From Catajapyx aquilonaris (lineage: Eukaryota), in contig KZ539005.1 in the NCBI GenBank assembly GCA_000934665.2, positions 1-36,841 of the forward strand: 36,841 nt of DNA. Direction: 5' to 3'. The position numbers and the translations under genes were made by a program. Shown one piece after another: positions 32,143 to 36,841 of this stretch; the stretch's first letter is position 1, and each line of letters begins with the position of its first letter. A model generated the notes under the pieces. The model ran no database searches. It saw only the letters and a program-made list of their open reading frames with translations, and was not told the DNA's origin.

Positions 32143-35100
32143 CACAATTATCAATTTTGTTACATGTTGCCTTTGAAAAATAAGCAATTCTAAATATTGT
32201 TCACCTTCTCTCATTGGCATTAAAAATAGGAAAGCAGTATCGATGTTCTTATGCCTTCTGTGGCCACTTTTAATCTGGAAAAAAACAAACTTGTGATTTT
32301 TATGTTGAGATTTTACAACTAGTGATCTCCATGTGAAATGACAGTTTTCCTTTTCATCCCATACTGCAATGAAGCCCTCTACAATGGACCTAGGATGCAG
32401 TGGCAAGTTGCCCATTATGGAACTTATGTTGAGTGTCAACCTCTATCCAATTTATTTGTCATTTACATTCGACACTTGTTCAATACAAGGAAACTTGCAT
32501 GCAACAGAGACTCCATTATTGATAGGTTTCACTGTAACTGCAAACAACAACCATGTTAACAGATGATACCACCCAGCTAACTTGATCCATCACTAACCCT
32601 GGACTAACTCACAAGTCTTATGAAAAATAGATTGCACTGCTGGAATAAAGATTTATTTCCGATTTTTAGATTCAAACTTTTCAGTCAACTGCAGTGTTAC
32701 ATGAATGCCTCAAACTCTGTCAGAAGATGTGAAGAACATGCTCTTTCAGGTTGATTCACTGCAGAACATTTGGGGATGGTACCTGAGTAGAGTAATTAAT
32801 TACAGCAAATTTTAGTTGTCACTGTACGTTGCTCCTTTCTCTTTGTGAATTGTCTTATTAATTTGGGTAGGGGAAGATCATATCAAATGCAGTAAGATTG
32901 TATGGGGAAGGGTGGATTTGGAACATTCTCTCAGTTTTTTTACCATAATATTACTGTTGAATTACTATGTAATTATCTTACGGGACAAATTTTGCCCCTG
33001 GCAATCATTGGCTACGCACAATGGGAAAGTTGATGAGATGTTGGTTCTCCCGTAAATGTGGCATTTTGTCTGCCAAGTGTTCGAGTCAGTTGTACTGAGG
33101 TCAAGGAACATTTTTTTGACTGGAAAATTAGTGAAAATGGAAAAATTCATTGTTGTGCATGTGAAATTAGCCTCTTTGCTGTCATTTTTCCAGATGAAGA
33201 AGTGTTTCCTGGCAACACAACACTATTCAACCCACCTTAAGGCAGAACTGCCAATAAGGGTGAGTGGAATCCATCCTCCCCCTTGATTTGAATAACCTTC
33301 TCATTCCTCCTCCCCCATGAAAGAAGTCAAAAATGCATATTTGTACTGTTAATGTTCAACTATTTTGTGGGAGAACCTTTCCTCCATCTCTATTTCTGGC
33401 ATTTTATGCTAATTAGTCAGAATGGGAGAATTACAGAACTGATCTGTGTCACATATTCCTGACATAAAAGTGTTGCATCAGTTTGCAATCATATCCTGCC
33501 TCACCCTTTATTTTACCTGTGTCAGGGAGTGCAGAAGACAGTGTAGACGACTGACAAAGGGTATTCTGTCTCACCATTTTGTGTCTTGCAGTTTTATGCA
33601 AGGTATTTCTGGCTATAATACGGTAAGTAAACCAAAAGTGCCCATGTTAAGAAAATGTACAATTAGGCACTCATCTGTACTTACACGTAACTGGGGTGGG
33701 TAAGTCACCCTTGCCTATGTTGGAGTTGTGAAAGAGTCAAGCTGTTCCATAAATATTCTTTATTTGTTCTACCTCTCATGCTGCATTAGAATGATAAATC
33801 ATTGCTGAGGATTCCTCCATATGCCCATTAAACATGCTACTGGGACTTAATAACCATAAATTTTAATCTACTTGCAGCTATTATCAGGCTGTCACATGCA
33901 AGACTTAACAGTACTGGTACCTGCTGTGAAAGAATAGGAAGGAAAGTAGTGCACAATAATTGTAAACAAGCCTACAGCAAGCTTATACCAGAAGTACCAA
34001 CTATCATGTAAATTTAAACACTCACATTGGGTTCCTCACTCATAAGTGTTGCTCACTAGCAGGATTGACTTTCTGTAACTGATTTTTAAGATGAAGTTTG
34101 CTCCATACACTTGGTATGCAGATTTACAGATTGATTTAGTAATTCCATTCAAATTTAAAACATGACCACCGTAGGAGAGTGGACTGAAGCATGCCCAATG
34201 TCTTGACGGACAATTGGTTGGATTTCCCTGCCGCATCAAGTGTTCCATCACCTTGAATGTGACCAAAGGAAAGCCGAAAATTATGTTTAAATGCCCTCGG
34301 GTGAAGCTAGTGACATACTGTTCATAAAGATACAAGGGTGAAATTTGAAAAGTTGTACAAGATCATATAACAACAATATATTGTCTATGTTGCCGAATTT
34401 CATATATGAGGCATGTTTAGACAATAACTGTACCGAAGCAACAAAAAACTGGATAGAAACACATTCAGGATGTCCCACTGTCAGTTTTTGACAAACAATA
34501 AGGGAAAAAAGAATTATTACATGCAACACCATTCTATTTCCAACGTCACTTGAAACACCAATTAATTATTCTTAAACAGGATGGTTTGTTATAATATCAA
34601 CATGTAGGGTGAACTCCTGAGGACTGGAGGATCACTTCATGTAGATGTGCTATTTGGTCTTTGTAGTCTCATGACTGTAATAAGGGGTTACAAACATATA
34701 CAGGATGCAATACCCTGAAAAGAATTCTTCTCTCCATGTGACCTTGCCTTTTTTATTTAAAAGTTAGATATTAGTGTGTAATTGTCATTTAAACTTCGTT
34801 CTCATTAGGTGTAGCAGGCAGTGACCAAGGCTATGGAAGTGTCTTAGGCTGGATCTGCAACATACACTTTGATTATATAAGGATAATGAGGTTGTGGAAA
34901 AGAAATGACACCTCTATACCAGGTGTTTTTACTTTGTGATCTGGCCGGAATCTCACTCATTGGCCCAAAACAAGTCCAAATATGTGTGTGGGTNNNNNNN
35001 NNNGGAGTGTCAAAGAACCAACCAGTAATGAGGTAGATGACCATCAGACACATTGACCTGCCCCTAGACATGCGCAAGAACCCACACAACACCTTTTTGT

Positions 35101-35180
35101 AGGGAAATCACCTGACGGGTGGACCCACTCACCTTACAATAGTTGCCTAGGGAGCAGGATGTGAGTGTGATAATAATAAC

Positions 35181-35811
35181 TAGAGTCAGGATTTTTAGGC
35201 ACAAAAAAAACCCTGAAGTAGGGACGAAAAAACCTCAAATTGACAGTAAAATTTACTTTCGCAGGCGTATGGAGAATAATGATGCAGAAAATTAAGCAAG
35301 CTAGACAAATTTCACAGGCCTAAAGTATCAATATAAGGTCGCAAAACCAGAGCAAAAACCTAATAACAACGATAAACTGACAGGAAATCACTTGGGCAAA
35401 AGACACAAAGTGCAATCAAATTTTACTTTCTCTGGACTCTACCGTTACAGCCCGTTTCCACTTGCATAGTATGTTACTAAATATTTTTGTCGATTTTCCT
35501 TGGATTGGAACCACATTTTGGCGACAATTTGTATCACTTCTGAACTATTTTGGTCCTTTCAGGAGCACAAAAAATACTCCCCAAAAAACCAAACATACCT
35601 CTGAAGGAATAGGTCTGGAATAGGCCCAAAAAGTTGAAACACTATCCCAAAAAGGCCAAATAGGCAAGAAAGGGCGCAAAAAGCCAGAATAGGCAAAATA
35701 GTTCCCAAAACCACGAAGTATGCAATTTTAGGCACTATGAAACCTACATTTTCCACATCCTGCACTTATGAAGCAGATAATCTCCTCACAAAACCGTCCC
35801 AACTGTGAAGG
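35181..35811 (+). mobile_element. hAT-like element related to 22230-24308; right end not found
   Basis: Starts TAGAGTCAGGATTTTTAGGCAC; shares blocks with 22235-22320 and 24078-24270. Confidence 0.6.
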
Positions 35812-36171
35812 TGCATTTGCATGTGAGCGATTTGATCACCGAGCGATAACATTGCTGAGTAACCCGAGTTACAATTGTTACAGTGATTGTTACTTTTGCT
35901 CCAAACAATTAGATTCATCGCTCTGCAATGACATTGTGCAATCAAATCGCTTGCTGATATTCTGCTCCCTAGGCAGCCACTATAAGGTCCACCTGCCAGG
36001 CAATCTTCCTGCAAAAAGTGTCATGTGTGTTTTTGTGCATGTCTAGGGGCAGGCCCACGTGTCTGGTCATCTACCTTATCGGTTGGTCCCTCAACATTTG
36101 AAGACCTCTGGAGAAAAAAGACTAAGGTCCACCTGAGGTGAAACTGAGATAATCCCATTTTAAATTTCGAA

Positions 36172-36318
36172 GGGCCGTTTTCTCGAACAGTGGTTCAAAT
36201 GTAAACCCGGTTCAAAGCCGGTTTAAACCCTTGACAACAGCCTAACAACAATCAAATCAGGGATTAAACTGGCTTTGAACCCGGTTTACATTTGAACCAC
36301 TGTTCGAGAAAACGGCCC
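36172..36318. mobile_element. Harbinger/Tourist-type MITE, 147 bp
   Basis: ~60-bp TIR GGGCCGTTTTCTCGAACAGTGGTTCAAATGTAAACC; 3-bp TSD GAA. Confidence 0.85.
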
Positions 36319-36585
36319 GAAGACCCATAAGGTTCCATTGTAAATCCAACTTTCGGGGCCTTCCATAGTGACCTATGATCATTACTCCACAACCACGACC
36401 AAACGATCATATTCTACACTAGGGAAAGTATCTTCTGAGATATGTAACTCATTTTTGACAAAAAGTGGACCTTGATATTTCTTCCCCCGAGGTCTTCATT
36501 TCTCATCTCTACATTTTTTTACTTGTTTTGGGCCAGCCAGTACACTGCAGGCCTGACTACATGATAGTAAGAAACACCCTGTATA

Positions 36586-36841
36586 CAGGGTGTTTACGAC
36601 CTAACTTTACAAACTTCCAGGGGTAATAGAGGGGACCAAGACAAACATTTTTGACATAGGAAACCGTGTCCGGAAACGCCATCTAGAGGGGGTTCATAGA
36701 CAAGGAACGGGTGCGCTCAGACGCGTCACGCGAGAGGCGCTAGGCGAGCGGACTTTTTGTTGATAGATGGCGCGCAGTTGTTGCCAGGTTATGGCGTATC
36801 GCGTCGTTGTAAGTAAACAACAACGCGATACGCCATAACCT
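36586..36841. mobile_element. Left part of a Tc1-type MITE running off the window
   Basis: TA-CAGGGTGTTTAC abutting a CACCCTG-TA end; internal hairpin at 36786-36841. Confidence 0.6.

Noticed and set aside
32300..35150. Scattered ORFs and a possible 31-nt micro-exon near 33592-33622
   Set aside because: No recognisable domain or consistent exon chain.

Overview
Eukaryotic, intron- and transposon-rich DNA, most likely arthropod/insect (inferred from DRE motifs, mariner/hAT/piggyBac/Harbinger MITEs, tRNA-derived SINEs and 54-77 nt minimal introns). Two genes are well supported. (1) A complete 10-exon PDIA5/PDIR-type protein disulfide isomerase on + (13445-28105, 641 aa by my assembly): signal peptide, non-catalytic N-domain, four CxxC thioredoxin domains, KDEL, one GC-AG intron. 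(2) A strongly divergent, C-terminally truncated Ubc9 (SUMO E2) paralog on - (4980-4143) with intact splice sites and catalytic Cys, but lacking several Ubc9 hallmark residues. Between them is a rearranged region: a minus-strand promoter plus non-coding exon (11908-12551) has a duplicate split by a ~2.8 kb insert. That insert holds a ~49-bp CACGTG-rich array and an orphan membrane-protein exon bracketed by inverted foldback repeats. The rest is a decayed Gypsy gag, SINEs and many nested MITEs. I found no CRISPR array, rRNA or true tRNA. The best candidates for something new are the atypical Ubc9 paralog with its duplicated promoter/orphan gene cassette, and two possible splicing switches in PDIA5. 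All are hypotheses from manual reading; coordinates were counted by hand, and repeat boundaries may be off by a few bases.
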